Assembly (NCBI RefSeq): GCF_004010195.1
Contig: NC_057719.1
Coordinates: 22,188,896 to 22,252,895, forward strand
From: Chiloscyllium plagiosum
Lineage: Eukaryota
Length of the DNA stretch: 64,000 nt
Direction of reading: 5' to 3'
Shown: piece by piece, positions 37,113-50,190 of the stretch
Layout: every line of letters starts with the position of its first letter
How positions within the stretch are numbered: position 1 is the stretch's first letter
The notes under the pieces: model-generated
Seen by the model: only the letters and a program-made list of their open reading frames with translations
Told to the model about the DNA's origin: nothing
The model's database searches: none
Made by a program: the position numbers and the translations under genes

Positions 37113-40100
37113 TAGAACACCCGACATAGAACATAGAAAAGCACAGCACAGAACAGGCCCTTCAGCCCACAATGTTGTGCCGAGGATTATTCCTAATCTA
37201 AAATAAAATAGCCAAACTTACGCATCCCTCCATTCACTGCTGTTCATGTGCATGTCCAGCCGTTGCTTAAATGTCCCTAATGACTCTGTTTCCACCACCA
37301 CTGCTGGCAATGCATTCTGTGCATTCACAACTCTGCATAAAGAACTTACCTCTGATGTCTCCTCTATACCTTCCTCCTAATATCTTAAAACAATGATCCC
37401 TCATGCCAGTCAATCCTGCCCTGGGAAAAAGTCTCTGTCTATTGACTCTATCCAAGCCTGTCAATACCTTGTATACCTCGATCAGGTCGCCTCTCTTCCT
37501 CCTTCTCTCCAGAGAGGAAAATACAAGCTTAGTCAACCTCTTATCATAAGACAAGCCCTCAAGTCCAGGCAGCATCCTGGTAAACCTTCTTTGTATCCTC
37601 TCCAAAGCCTCTGTATCTTTTCTACAATAGGGGGACCAGAACTGGCCACAATTTTCCAAGTGTGGTCTCACCAGGGTCTTGTAGAGCTGCAGCAAAACCT
37701 CACGGCTCTTAAACTCGATCCCCCTGTTAATGAAAGCCAAAACACCATATGCTTTCTTAAAAACCCCATCCACTTGAGTGGTAACTTTGAGGGATCTATG
37801 CACTTGAAAACCAAGGTCCCTCTGTTCCTCCACACTGCCAAGAATCCTGTATTCAGCATTCAAGTTCAACCTTCCAAAATGCATCACTTCGCATTTATCC
37901 AGTTTGAACTCCATCTGCCATTTCTCAGCCCAGCGCTGAATCCTGTCTATGTCGCACTGCAGCCTGCACTAACCCTCGATACGATCGATGGCAACTCCAA
38001 TCTTTGTGTCATCAGCAAATTTACTAACCCACCCCTCAACCTCCTCATTCAAGACATGTATAAAAGCTACAAAGAGCAGAGGCCTAAGAACATAGTCTTG
38101 TGGGGCACCACTCACCATTGACATCCAGGCAGAACACTTACTATCCACAACCATTCTCTGCCTTCTGTCAGCCAACCAATTCTGAATCCAGACAGCCAAA
38201 TCACCCTGTATCCCATGCTTCCGGACTTTATGAATGAGCCCACTATGGGGAACCTTATCAAATGCCTTGCTGAAGTCCATATGCACCACATCCACATCCA
38301 CTTCGTCGACCTGTCTCGTCATCTCCTCAATGAACTCAATAAGATTTGAGGCATGACCTGCCCCTCACAAAGCCATGCTGACTGCCTTTAATCACTCTAT
38401 GCTTTTCCAAATAGCCATAAATCCTATCCTTCAGAATTCTTTCCAAACCTTGCTGACCACACACATTAAGACTGACTGGTCTGTAATTGCCAGGGATTTC
38501 CCTATTGCCCTTTTGAAAAGAGGAACAACATTTGCCTCCCTCCAATCCTCCGTTATGACTTCCGTGGAGATTGAGGAAGCAAAGATCTTCGCCAGCGGCT
38601 TAGCAACCTCCTTTCTCACTTCCTGGAGCAACCTAGGGTAAATCTGGTCTGGTCATGGGGACTTATCAATCTTAATCCAAAATGTCTAGCACATCAACTT
38701 CATCAAACTTGATCTATTCAGGCCTGTTTCCCAGCTCCTCAAAGTTCTTATTCACAACAAGGTCCCTTTCCTTAGTGAAAACCGAAGCAAAAAACTCATT
38801 TAGGGCTTCCCCTATCTGCTCAGACTCCACGCATTAGTTCCCTAAGCTATCCCTGACCAGTCCTACCTTCTCCTTGATCATTCTTTTATTCCTCACTTAT
38901 GAGTAAAATGCCTTTGGGTTCTCCCCAACCCTTCCTGCCAAGCCTTTCCTGTGCCCTCTCCTGGCTCTCATCAATCCATTTCTAAGCTCCTTCATAGTAA
39001 GCCTGTATTCCTCTAAAGCTGTGCTAGATCCTTGCTTCCTCCACCTTACGTAAGCTGCCTTATTCCTTTTGACGAGAAGCCCCTCTGTTCTCGTCATCCA
39101 AAGCTCCTTAATCTTACCCTTTCTTGCCTGTCTCAGAGCAACAAATTTGTGCATGACTCTCAACAATTGCTCCTTAAATAGTCTCCACATGTCTGTTGTG
39201 CCCTTTCTGTGGAACAATTGCTCCCAGTCTGTACTTCACAACTCCTATCTGATAGCTTCATAATTTCCTTTTCCCCAATTAAATATCTTCCCTTGGTAAC
39301 TGCTCCATTCCCTCTCCAAGGCTATGGTAAATGTGAGGCAGTTGTGATCACTGTCACCAAAGTGATCTCCCACCACAAGATCTGACACCTGTCCTGGCTC
39401 ATTGTCGAGCACCAAATCCAAAATAGCGTCTCCCCTCCTCAGCCTGTCCACATACTGAGTAAGGAAAGCCTCCTGAACACACCAGACAAAAACGGTTCCG
39501 TCCAAACCATCTGCATTTAAGGAGGTTCCAGTCAATATTGGGAAAGTTGAAGTCACCCATAACAATAACCCTGCTACATCTGCGTTTTTCCAAAATCTGC
39601 CAGCCTATGAGTTCTTCAATCTCTCTACTAGTATTAGGTGGTCTGTAGAAAATCCCCAGTGCAATGGCTGTTCCCTTGCTGTACCTAACTTCCACAATTA
39701 CTGACTCAGTAGACAAACCTCCCTCAACAACCTTTGTTTCTGTAGCTGTGATGCACTCTCTGATTAGCAATGCTCCACTCCCTCCTCTTTTTCCACCCTC
39801 CCAGTTCTTTTTAAATGTTCTAAACCCTGGAACATCGAGCAAAAATTCCTGCCCCTGTGAAACTCATGGCTCCATTATGGCCGCAACATCATAGTCCCAA
39901 GTACTGATCCATGTTCTAAGTTTGTCACTCTTATTTCTGACACTCCTTGCGTTGAAGCAGACACACTTTAACTGATCCCTTTCTTTCATCATGCGGAAAA
40001 CCTTCCTGATAGATTCACTGTCACTGGCCCATCTACAACTACCCCTGTCTCAGATATGTAGCTCTGCTTTCCACCCCCTTACCAAACTAGTTTAAACCCT

Positions 40101-41090
40101 CCTGAAGCACACGAACAAATCTCCATATGTGTCCCTCCTTATTGTACTGGTCTCACCTTCCCCAGAAGGCATCCCAATGGTCTAAGTATCTGAAGCCCTC
40201 CCTCCTGCACCAGCCTCGCAGCCGTGTGTTAAGCTGCACTCACTGACTGTTCCTCGCCTCACTGTCTCGTGGCACTGGTAGCAAATCAGAGATCACTGCT
40301 CTACTCATCCTGCTCTTCAGCTTCCAACCTAGCTCTCTGTAGTCACTTTTCAGATCCTCAATCCCTTTCCTGGCTATATCATTGGTGCCAATATGTATCA
40401 CGATTTCTGGTTGCTCACCCTCCTCCTTCAGAATCCTGTAAACCCAATCAGCGATATCCCAGACCTTGGCACCAGGAAGGCAACATACCTTTCGGGAGTC
40501 CCATTCCTGACCACAAAATCTCCTGTCAATCCGTCTAACTATTGAGTCCCCTATCACTAGGGCTTTTCTATTCTCCCCCTTCCCTTCTGAGTCTCAGTGC
40601 CAGAGACCTGACAACCATGGCTTTCCCCTGGAAGGCCATCCCCACCAGCAGTATCCAAAATGGTATACTTATTGCTGAGGGGAACGGCCACAGGGGATCT
40701 TTGCCCTATCTGTTGATTCACTTTCATCCAGCTCCAGCTCCAGTTCCCTAACTCGATTTTCGAGGAGTTGGAGTTGGGTGCACATCCCGTAGATGTGGTT
40801 GGTAGAGATATGCCGTGTCTTTCACCTACCACATTCTGCAGGAGGAACATGCAACTGCCCTATCAGCCATACCCAGCTAATCTGAAAGCCCACACAGGAC
40901 GAAACAAGGAAGAAAAGAAAAAAAATGAGAAATCTGAAAATTTACCAAGTTTACAGACTGTTAGTAAGGTTAGAGGAAGTGGGTGGAGGTAGGCCCTACA
41001 GTGTAGGTTCTTGGGTTTAGATCTCACCCACTTAAAACTTCCTGGCAGCCCTTGCTTCTCTTTGCTCTCTCTCCTCGCCGCTCTGTTCAA
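37113..41090 (-). mobile_element. Near full-length CR1 LINE: ORF1 (SGNH esterase) and ORF2 (APE + RT), inactivated
   Basis: ORF1 IGDSIVR..VCCLPGAKV..IVIHIGTND (40240-40557); APE GIFYRPPN, VMGDFNFPNIDW, SDHN; RT NYRPVSL, SQHGF, DFSKAFDKVPH, FADDTK; tail (ttctatg)n at 37113-37140; many frameshifts. Confidence 0.95.
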
Positions 41091-41773
41091 AAACTCTTAG
41101 AAAGACTTCTCCACAGGCCTGACTCTTCCAAGATCTTTATTTACTATCCCTAATGGTCCTTATTATCTCACCACAATGGTGCATATGGCACTCAATTGAT
41201 ATTAACCCTGTTAGACTGATATTCAACACCTTCCCAAATTTCCTTTACATGTTGCATTCTTGTTACATTATTTTTTAAACAATTACATTTGCCATTAGCT
41301 TAACTCTCTCCAAGTCTTTGACTTTAAACATTCAGTTGATCTGGAGGCTTTACTATTTTCCCTGAAAGAATATTTTTCGGATTTGGAAAAGTTGACTTTT
41401 GTTGTGTCTCAGACGGTTGACTTTGAATATCTTTCTGATGTTCTGAAGCCTGTAGTTCTTTCTGAACTTGAAGACTTTAATCTGTTTGATTTCTTTCGTA
41501 CAGAATTTCATCCCTGATAGAGCAAGCGATCATGTTTTTCATAGTTTCATGAATTTTTGGACATTGCTGACCTCTGCCTTGTGGTGGCTTCCAAGGAGTT
41601 GTAAACACTAAACTTTCAATCTACATGAGCAAGTTTTTATTCTCAGTCCACCTGTGGCATTGTGTTGCAATCTACAGACTTATTCCTTAAACTTATTGAT
41701 CTGTTCAGACTTTCTGTTTCACCCTAAGAAATTGAAATATTAGTGAAACTGACTTATTCACTTCCCTAATTCT

Positions 41774-42410
41774 GGGCAGCATGGTGGCTCAGTGGTTAGC
41801 ACTGCTGCCTCACAGAGCCAGGGACCTACATTCAATTCCACTCTTGGGTGACTGTCTGTGTGGAGTTTGCATGTCCTCCCTGTGTCTGCGTGGGTTTCCT
41901 CCAGGTGCACTGGTTTCCTCCCACAATCCAAAGATGTTCAGGTCAGGTGAATTGGCCATGCTAAATTGCGCATAGTGTTAGGTGCATTAGTCAGAGGGAA
42001 ATGGGTCTGGGTGGGTTACTCTTCGGAGGGTCGGTGTGGACTTGTTGGACCGAAGGGCCTATTTCCACACTGTAGGGAATCTAATCTCATCTAAAAGAAC
42101 TCAGGAAATAGAAAAGGCAGGGACCTGGGTTCAATTCCACTCTTGGGTGACTGTCTATGTGGAGTTTGTACGTTCTCCCTGTATCTGCATGGGTTTCCTC
42201 CAGGTGCACTGGTTTCCTCCCACAGTCCAAAGATGTGTAGGTCAGATGGATTGGCCATGCTAAATTGTCTATGGATGTAAAAGTTATATGGATTAGCCAT
42301 GGGAAATATATAGGGTTATAGGGTTACAGGAATGGATGGGGGGGAGGGTCCAGGAGGGTTGCTCTTTGGAGGGGCGGTGTAGACTTGTTGGGTTGAATGG
42401 CCTGCTTTCA
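41774..42410 (+). mobile_element. Tandem/chimeric HE1-like SINE pair
   Basis: Full SINE at 41774-42094, a 20-bp CR1-derived linker at 42100-42119, then a 5'-truncated SINE at 42118-42410. Confidence 0.88.
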
Positions 42411-42572
42411 GAGAGCTAGTGCTTCAAAATACACCTGTTGGAACTATAACATTTTGTGATTTTTAACTCAGCATATAATGTGTGACTTGAATTTATCACA
42501 ACTAGCTGTCCACTGTGCAATGTTATAACTTGACCCAGTTAAGTTGTAGGTGCATCAATTGCTTCAAATAGG

Positions 42573-42760
42573 CTGATTAGTTAGCTCAATTGGCTGGATG
42601 ACTGGCTTTCAATGCAGAGTGATGCCAACAGCATGACTGAGATTAGAGGTCCCACCATCTCAACTCCAGCCCTAACCTAAGGTTAAACTCACTACCAGTT
42701 ATCTCTGTTTAATGAGAAAGCATTCTATGGCTGTCTGGGACTTCACTTTTACTTTATTTC
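42573..42760 (+). mobile_element. Older tRNA-derived SINE (non-HE1)
   Basis: A-box-like tagctcaattgg head and (acttt)n tail. Confidence 0.5.
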
Positions 42761-43050
42761 AAATGGGGTTTATAGATCCTTTGTTCTCTCTTTGCTTGTG
42801 CTTCCTCTCAAACGTTGTTGGCTCTTGCAGACTGAAATGCTTTCAGTGTTAATTGCATTGGAAAACATTTATGCTAAACCAGTATAGCAATGGCTTTTCA
42901 GAGTGCCAGTGTTTGGTCTAGTTATAAAGGTCTCTCTTAGTAAACAAGATTATTGCACCTTTGTGATTATTTACATATTACAAGCTTTTGGTATACATTA
43001 TTTCAAAGACTCTTTAGAGGACTTGGTCTGAGGACTGACATCTTCAAGAA

Positions 43051-43200
43051 CATGATGTGAAGGTGCCAGTGGTGGACTAGGGTGGACAAAGTCAAAAATC
43101 ACACGACGCTGGGTTATAATCCGACAGGTTTATTTGAATTTGCAAGCTTTCAGAGAGGAAGGACCTGTTGGACTACAACCTGGTGTCGTGTGGCTTTGAT
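43051..43200 (-). mobile_element. PLE family C fragment with inverted piece
   Basis: Reverse complement of the family C 3' end, followed by an inverted acctgttggactacaacctggtgtcgtgtg. Confidence 0.75.
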
Positions 43201-43819
43201 TCGGTCAAGATCGTTAACTTCTCTCCCCACCAGCTCTCTCAACATCATCACAGAGACTGGTGCTTGCATCACTTAGTTAGTCTCAACCATTTCAGAATCT
43301 CTCAGACCCGGATACAACACTCACACCTTCCTATCAAGATCCATACAACAATCTTAGAAGATGTGATTTTCTTCAGGATCTAAGTGTCCAGGTATATCTT
43401 CATCTCTCTGATGCTTCATATTGTTAGCACCTCAAATCTAACTCAGCAATTTTGGGTGAAACTTACTGAAGATGTATATATTTATTTCAACATGTCGACA
43501 TGGTCTTCCACCAACTCCCTCATTCTGCAGTTGAGGCACAACACCTATCCTGCCCTCCTTAGCTAATCTTGCATTATTTATCTAGTAAATTAGTTAATTT
43601 AGCTATCAACTTAGTTCATAGTCTTTAGCTAATACCTTGATCTATTTTAGGAGATAGGTAGATTAAATTAAACGCTAACCTGAAAGGCAAAAGCAGGGCC
43701 TCTTTCTCTATCTGTAATGAATTCCCACTTGCACCAAATTACCTACTTATACATTCTGTTTATGACCAGTTTCTTTTTTGGAATTGCTTTTTTTCCTGTG
43801 GTAATCTTGTTCCCAACTA

Positions 43820-44037
43820 CAGTCGATTCTGCTATAACATATGTTTCTTCAACACTAATTGGCTTTAATGCAATTGAAGAATTTAGACCGTTATTTGTAG
43901 AACACAAACTTTTCTTACCTGTATTGGCTATAATGTGATTTTGACCCCAGTAGTTAAATGGTGCGGCTATTGCGCAATTTTCTTGTAACGCGAGATTGCC
44001 CAAGAATGGAACTATCGTGTTATATCAGAACTGACTG
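43820..44037. mobile_element. Tc1/mariner (Tigger-like) MITE
   Basis: TA-cagtcgattctgctataac...gttatatcagaactgactg terminal inverted repeats; homologous copy at 58215-58433. Confidence 0.75.
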
Positions 44038-45486
44038 TTTTGTCTTCCCAATTTGCTTGCCGTCTTTTTTCCTTAACAACCCTTTCCCTGCTTTCTGCCT
44101 CCCTGTTGACTTCACCTCATGCCACCATCAAATTTAATTAAAAGAGGCTCGTTCAGTTCAACATTTATCCACATTGTAATTATTGCAGTTAAATTAATGA
44201 GCGTCAGGGTTGGGGGAAACATGCGAGTCAGTGAAAACAATGGGGAGACAGAAGCCAAGAATTTCCTTGGAGCTGTTTCAGCTGACTCCTGTAAATTCAC
44301 TTTATAAGTGTATCAGAAATTGAGATCACACACTTAAAGACAGGATTCCCACTGTGTTCCTGGAGAAACTGTCGTGGCAGAATGAAAATACAAAGCCAAG
44401 GATATTGCCAAGGTACATATGTGAATACTTTTGTTGGATTTCTCATTTTCACTGAGAAAGTATTATATTCAGTTTTCTTTTATTATTGCTCAAGGTGTTT
44501 TAGTTTTTTTTAAAACCGCCCATAATCCTCAAGACAAATGAAAGCAAAGAATTTATGGAAGAAACCTTTATTGTCCAGCTGTGGGTACTGATTGAATATT
44601 GTGAGTAAGGCATCTGCAATTTATTGACCTGTGTTATTCTGAGGAATAAAGGTGGGATATGTACCCAAAAAATGTTATCAAAAGAAATTGTTACCTCAGT
44701 TACAAATGAACATGGAGACTTTATAAAAAGGAATAAGTTGTAGAGAAATGCAAAAACATTAATCTCTGATTTGCCATACCTCTGACATATTTTTGGATTC
44801 CTCTTCATGAAATATTTTCAACTTAATTGGAAGCTTTTGTACAACTTGTGGGAAATTGAATAAAATTGCGATTCTCAAGGATGTTGCAGATGTTTTCAAA
44901 GACACGTGGTCTCAGCCCAGACTAATCAAAGCCACCACATGGAGCCAAGGCCAAGTGTGTAACCAATGTGCCAAAATCATTATCTAAAAGAGCAGTAAAG
45001 TGTTTTATCTCCAGGGAGGTGGGTGAGTCAGCTTGGCAGAGTCTTGCATAGCTTAGTTGGTGGTTTTGTGTAGTACACACACTTATCAAAGTGATGGATG
45101 TCGATACTAGGGAATGGAATACTTTTCTTGCTTTCAGGCATCCAGTGCCAGAAACAAGCACTCTCAGGTCATGTGCAGGACAGCCAGATGCAGACTTAAA
45201 AAAATCCACTTTACTTTTTTCCAACATCTGAAGGACACTAGATATTTAATCAGCATGATTTTTTGTTCCTTGCATTTCCTATATCCTCCACCAGTATGAC
45301 CTCCTTGACGACAGAAAGTGTTTCTTTCTCACAGTGCTTTGAAGTCTTGTGAGGGTGAGGAAATGTTAGTCTGGCGCAAGGATGATAGATATGTGTTCAA
45401 GCCCTTCCACTCTGCTAATGGTAATGCAAACCCTTAATTACTTACTGACACTTGTATGTGGGTTTGTATAATCAGTCATCATTATT

Positions 45487-45508
45487 CACACACACACACA
45501 CACACACA
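45487..45508. repeat. (CA)n microsatellite
   Basis: Direct observation. Confidence 0.95.
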
Positions 45509-47172
45509 GAGTCTCAGGCTTCTAACAGAAACCAGAACGTTGATCCCTATTTTAGGGGCATCCCTGAAAAACATCTGGGAAAACTAAGCTCATATGACAT
45601 ATTTTGCAAAATATAACCATTTGTGATTTTACATGCTTTGATATGTACTTTCCACAGTGGCTGTTGTTAATTGAAACTGACAAGAGACATTGTCCCACCA
45701 CCTGAGAACTTGCGGTAGTTTATGTTTTCAAAAGTTATTGGAGTGCAGAAATGCCACAGGAAAAATATCAGAATTGCATTTAGTCCCAGTAGACAACCAG
45801 GCACTTTGAAAATCTTAAAATGATAAACATGCAAAGACTGGAAATCTGAACCAAAAATAGAAAAAAGCTACAAGAAGATAGCAAATTCATCAACATCTGC
45901 TGGATGAAAAGACAAATTAATATTACGCATATACAACAAAAATATAGGAATGCTGCAAGTCATGTCTGGTTTGCTGATTTGACTTCCCTTCAACTAGAAC
46001 ACTGCACCTGGCATACAACATAACCATAGAGTATTCCTTACTGCAGAGTCATGTTTTGAATGTTGCTTGATGTAAGAAGCCTGAGAGTTTAAACACTCTT
46101 CGAATGGATTTCTAAAGTCAGTGATTCTCAAGCCAGATCAGTGCACAGTTGGCTTAAGGTCATGTATAATTACTTATGAAACTGATCTACCAGGATTCGT
46201 ACCACTGGGAGAAACCATACTATTAGTGGTAAAATGTTTAGCATTGCTGCAACTACTTAAAGGGTTGTAGTAATCCCTTAAAGTTCTGCTTTCATTTAGA
46301 AACCCGACATTCCCTTCATTCTTATTTATTTTTCTCTCCCTTCCCCTTCATTGACATCCATTTCTCCTCTTGAACTTAGGAAGTGATGTAATATAGTAAA
46401 AGAGAGAACAAATAAGAAATGAATAGACTGAACAATAATACATAATTGTGTGTTTGGTTTCAGGCATTTGACAAAACTAACAAAAAGAAATTAACTGTGT
46501 GCCAAAGTGTCAAAGGAGATGATGGTGGGTCTTCAGTTTGAAATCTGGCTTGGTGTTATGGGTATAGTGCTCTCACAATGGTGTTAAGTAGGGAGTTTCA
46601 GGAGATGGACCAATGTGACACTGAAAAAGAATTGACAGTGTTACATTTCTTGGTCAGGATGGTGAAAAACTTGGATTGCAACTTTGAGATAATAGTGATA
46701 TTGCTTCTTTCATTCAGCACGGTGGAGGAGGTATTAGAAGTCAGAGGTGTTACTGAAGTAAATTTGTTTGGTTGTTTTAGACTGGTATGTATTTATGTTT
46801 TCTTCACTCTTGTGTCAAATGAAGAAGTGCACACCACCCAAGGTATCATAGGCTCAAGAGGTGTGAATTTTGGCTCAGTTGTAGTATTCCCACTTATGAT
46901 TTGGCAAGTGATGAGTTTAAGCCTCAGTCCTGCTGTCCCAACAATTTGAGTTGACAGTCTATGCCATGGAGCACTAGGTTGATGTCCAATGGGATCCAGT
47001 GGCAAACAACCATCAAAATAGCACCCTCCCATGATCATCACAACAAACGTCAGAGCTCTATCCTGTACACACCAAGTTCATATCAAACGGGATGCACGCA
47101 TCTGATGGAATATTATGACTACAATTCCCCAATGTCCAATATAACTGCTTGTTGTGGTAAGTGGTATGAGCT

Positions 47173-48355
47173 ATAGAACATAGAACAATACAGTGCAGAA
47201 CAGGCCCTTCAGCCCTCAATGTTGCGCTGACCTGTGAACTATTCTCAGCTCATCCCCCTGCACTATCCCATCATCATCCATGTGCTTCTCCAAGGATTGT
47301 TTAAATCTCCCTAATGTGGCTGAGTTAACTACTTTGGCAGGTAGGGCATTCCATGTCCTTACCACGCTCTGAGTAAAGAACCTGCCTTTGACATCTGTCT
47401 TAAATCTATCACCCTTCGATTTGCAGTTATGTCCCCTCGTACAAGCTGACATCATCATCCTAGAAAAAAGACTTCCACTGTTTACCTTATATAATCCTCT
47501 GATCATCTTGTATGTCTCTATCAAATCCCCTCTTAGCCTTCTTCTTTTTAATGAGAACAGACCCAAGTCTCTTAACCTTTCCTCATAAGACCTTCCTTCA
47601 GACCAGGAGAAAGTGAGGACTGCAGATGCTGGAGTACCAGAATTGAAAAGTGTGGTGCTGGAAAAACGCAGCAGGCCAGGCAGCATCTGAGGAGCAGGAG
47701 AATCGACGTTTCAGGCATAAGTGCCCAAAACATCAATTCTCCTGTTCCTCGGATGCTGCCTGGCCTGCTGTGTTTTTCCAGCACCACATTTTTCAACTCT
47801 TTCTCCAGACCAGTCCATATCCTGGTAAATCTCCTCTGCAATTTTCCAATGCTTCCACATCCTTCCCGAAATATGGTGACCAGAAATATACACAATATTC
47901 CAAGTGCAGCCGCACTAGCGTTCTGTATAGTTGCAACATGATATTGTGGCTCCAGAACTCAATCCCTCTACCAATGAAATCTAACACACCATATGCCTTC
48001 TTAACAGCACTATCAACCTGGGTGGCAACTTTCAAGGATCTTTGTACATGGACACCAAGATCCCTCTGCACATCCACACTACCAAGAATCTTTTGATTGA
48101 CCCAGTATTCTGCCTTCCTGTTATTCTTCCCAAAGTGCATCACCTCACATTTAGCTGCATTGAACTCCATTTGCCACCTCTCAGTCCAATTCTGCAATTT
48201 ATCCAAATCCCCCTGCAACCTGTAACATTTTTCCAAACTGTCCACTACTTCACTGACTTCAGTGTCATCTGAAAACTTACTAATCCATCCACCTATGCCT
48301 GCGAGTAAGTCATTTATAAAAATGATAAACAGCAGTGGTCCTAAAACAGATCCTT
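47173..48355 (-). mobile_element. CR1 RT/3' fragment interrupted by a PLE
   Basis: GSVLGPLLFIIFINDL..FSDDT..QRDLGVHV; tail (ttctatg)n. Confidence 0.92.
47606..47799. mobile_element. PLE family A inverted pLTR pair inserted in CR1
   Basis: 47640-47720 and 47722-47799 are inverted; imperfect TSD ending cagaccag on both sides. Confidence 0.85.
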
Positions 48356-49329
48356 TTATTAAAGCACAACATTTGGAGGACAACTGTTGAGTGTAATGAG
48401 TGGAGAGATGAGTTTTCCTGTGACTTGAGAGACAGAAGTAAAGATGGAAGAGAAAGATGAATTCAGTGATTACAGTTATTCACTTAAGTAATCTGAGCAT
48501 CTTATTTCTTGGGGGTAATTAACTGATATTGTACTTGTATGGTAGCATGACCTGGAGTATATCAGTAATACGGAGCTGAATTTTGTGGAGACTTTCTCTC
48601 GATAAGCTCTAGCTAGTCTTTTGCAATTCTCTCCTGCTCAACTTATGCATGCGCCGCGCTTGTATGGCACTACATTTGTAGTATTGTGTGCTAACTAGTG
48701 TCAGAAGCAATCATCGCTGCCAGGACCATCCTGCCATTTTGCCACCAGCACTATATTTAAAAACCAACTGTGCATCAGGTCAATCATTGTCGACCACAAT
48801 AGCCCCTCATAGTGAACATAGAGGGAGGGAAATTTAAAAAAAGACAAGCTGCTGAGGGAACATTTGTGGCACAGGTGACACTTGAATACAAGCTTAATGT
48901 ATTGCCATTTCACATCAGCACTTGTCACATCCACTGTCACATCAACTGCAATTACAAGAATCAAGTTATACAGGCTACAGGTCTACAATACCAAACCATG
49001 TTTGAACCCTGTCTAAGGGAGTGTTACTCTTTGCCCAAAGGTCAACATAGCTTCACATTTTCTCATCATTTAATGGTCATTGTTCACATATCGGAAAGTC
49101 TTCCAGCAGTCGAAAACATTGACTTTTATTGTCCATCTGGAAAAATGAACAAAATAAATGCATCTGGGAATAAACAGAGGACTGCTTTGGTGCAACTACA
49201 AATTTACAGTCAATTTACTTAACCTAACTCAGGCCTGTTGGAACCAAGAATCAAATAAATTCTATCTGGCTTGTTGTACACAACGAAGAAGGTGATGTCA
49301 CTCCAGAGCTGCCACTCTCCCAGATCTTC

Positions 49330-50190
49330 AGCCCCCAAAACATCACTTCTTTGCCTGCTCCAGTTGTGCAGAGCACAGTTTGCAAGCATTATAAGATACG
49401 TTCTGAAATGTACTGCAGAAACCCCCAGACAGCATCAAAATTCAGAATGTCATCATTGGGAGGCCTATCATCTGCTCCATGATGACTATAGTGGAAGAAT
49501 GGGATGCATTCTCTCTACCTTTGGCTTCAGTTGGGGGTTGCATGACACATCCAACATTTGTAGTTGAAGTGGATAGCCCTTGTCTCCCAGTAACCATACT
49601 TATAAGGTGTCCAGCCCTTGTAATGAGCAGGACACTCAAAGTTCTCATGGATATAGGCATCATGGCAGCTTCAGAATGTCTGATGCAAATTTCAATAATT
49701 CAGTACCAATGATCACTTGAACATTAATGGAACAGAAACCTTTTCTGTTGCAGAAGTTGACCACATCATGATTTGACATGTGTACAGGCTACAGTGCACT
49801 GCATCTGGGGGCAGCCAACTATGTTGGCAAAGCCTACCATCCGGGCTGCAACACTGACCACATCACAAGGAAATAAGAGGAAAAGTTGTGATCAGTATTG
49901 CATCAGTAATAGTGTTGGTACATTTGTGGGTCAAGGGTTATGAGAAACCACACAGGTCTGCAGTGGATTCTTGGAAATGCATAAACATTTAGTATATCTC
50001 TCACCTGATGTATACCAGGTTAGGATACCGCCCATGTATTTAGGTCAAAGGTCCCTCTTCAGCGGATGGCACAGTTTTGTTACAATGCCCTGGGACATCT
50101 TGCCTGTGACAGAAATTTGTCTTGCTCATTTGGAGGAACTGCCATTAAAGACGATAGGCTCTGGGACTCCTGTACATCCTCCACCTCCTT
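49330..50190 (-). pseudogene. PIF/Harbinger transposase remnant
   Basis: GFANIVGCPQMQCTVACTHV (~49780-49835), WLLGDKGYP (49570-49596), PTEAKGRENASHSSTIVIMEQMIGL and CALHNW (~49360-49378) in HARBI1-like order. Confidence 0.85.
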
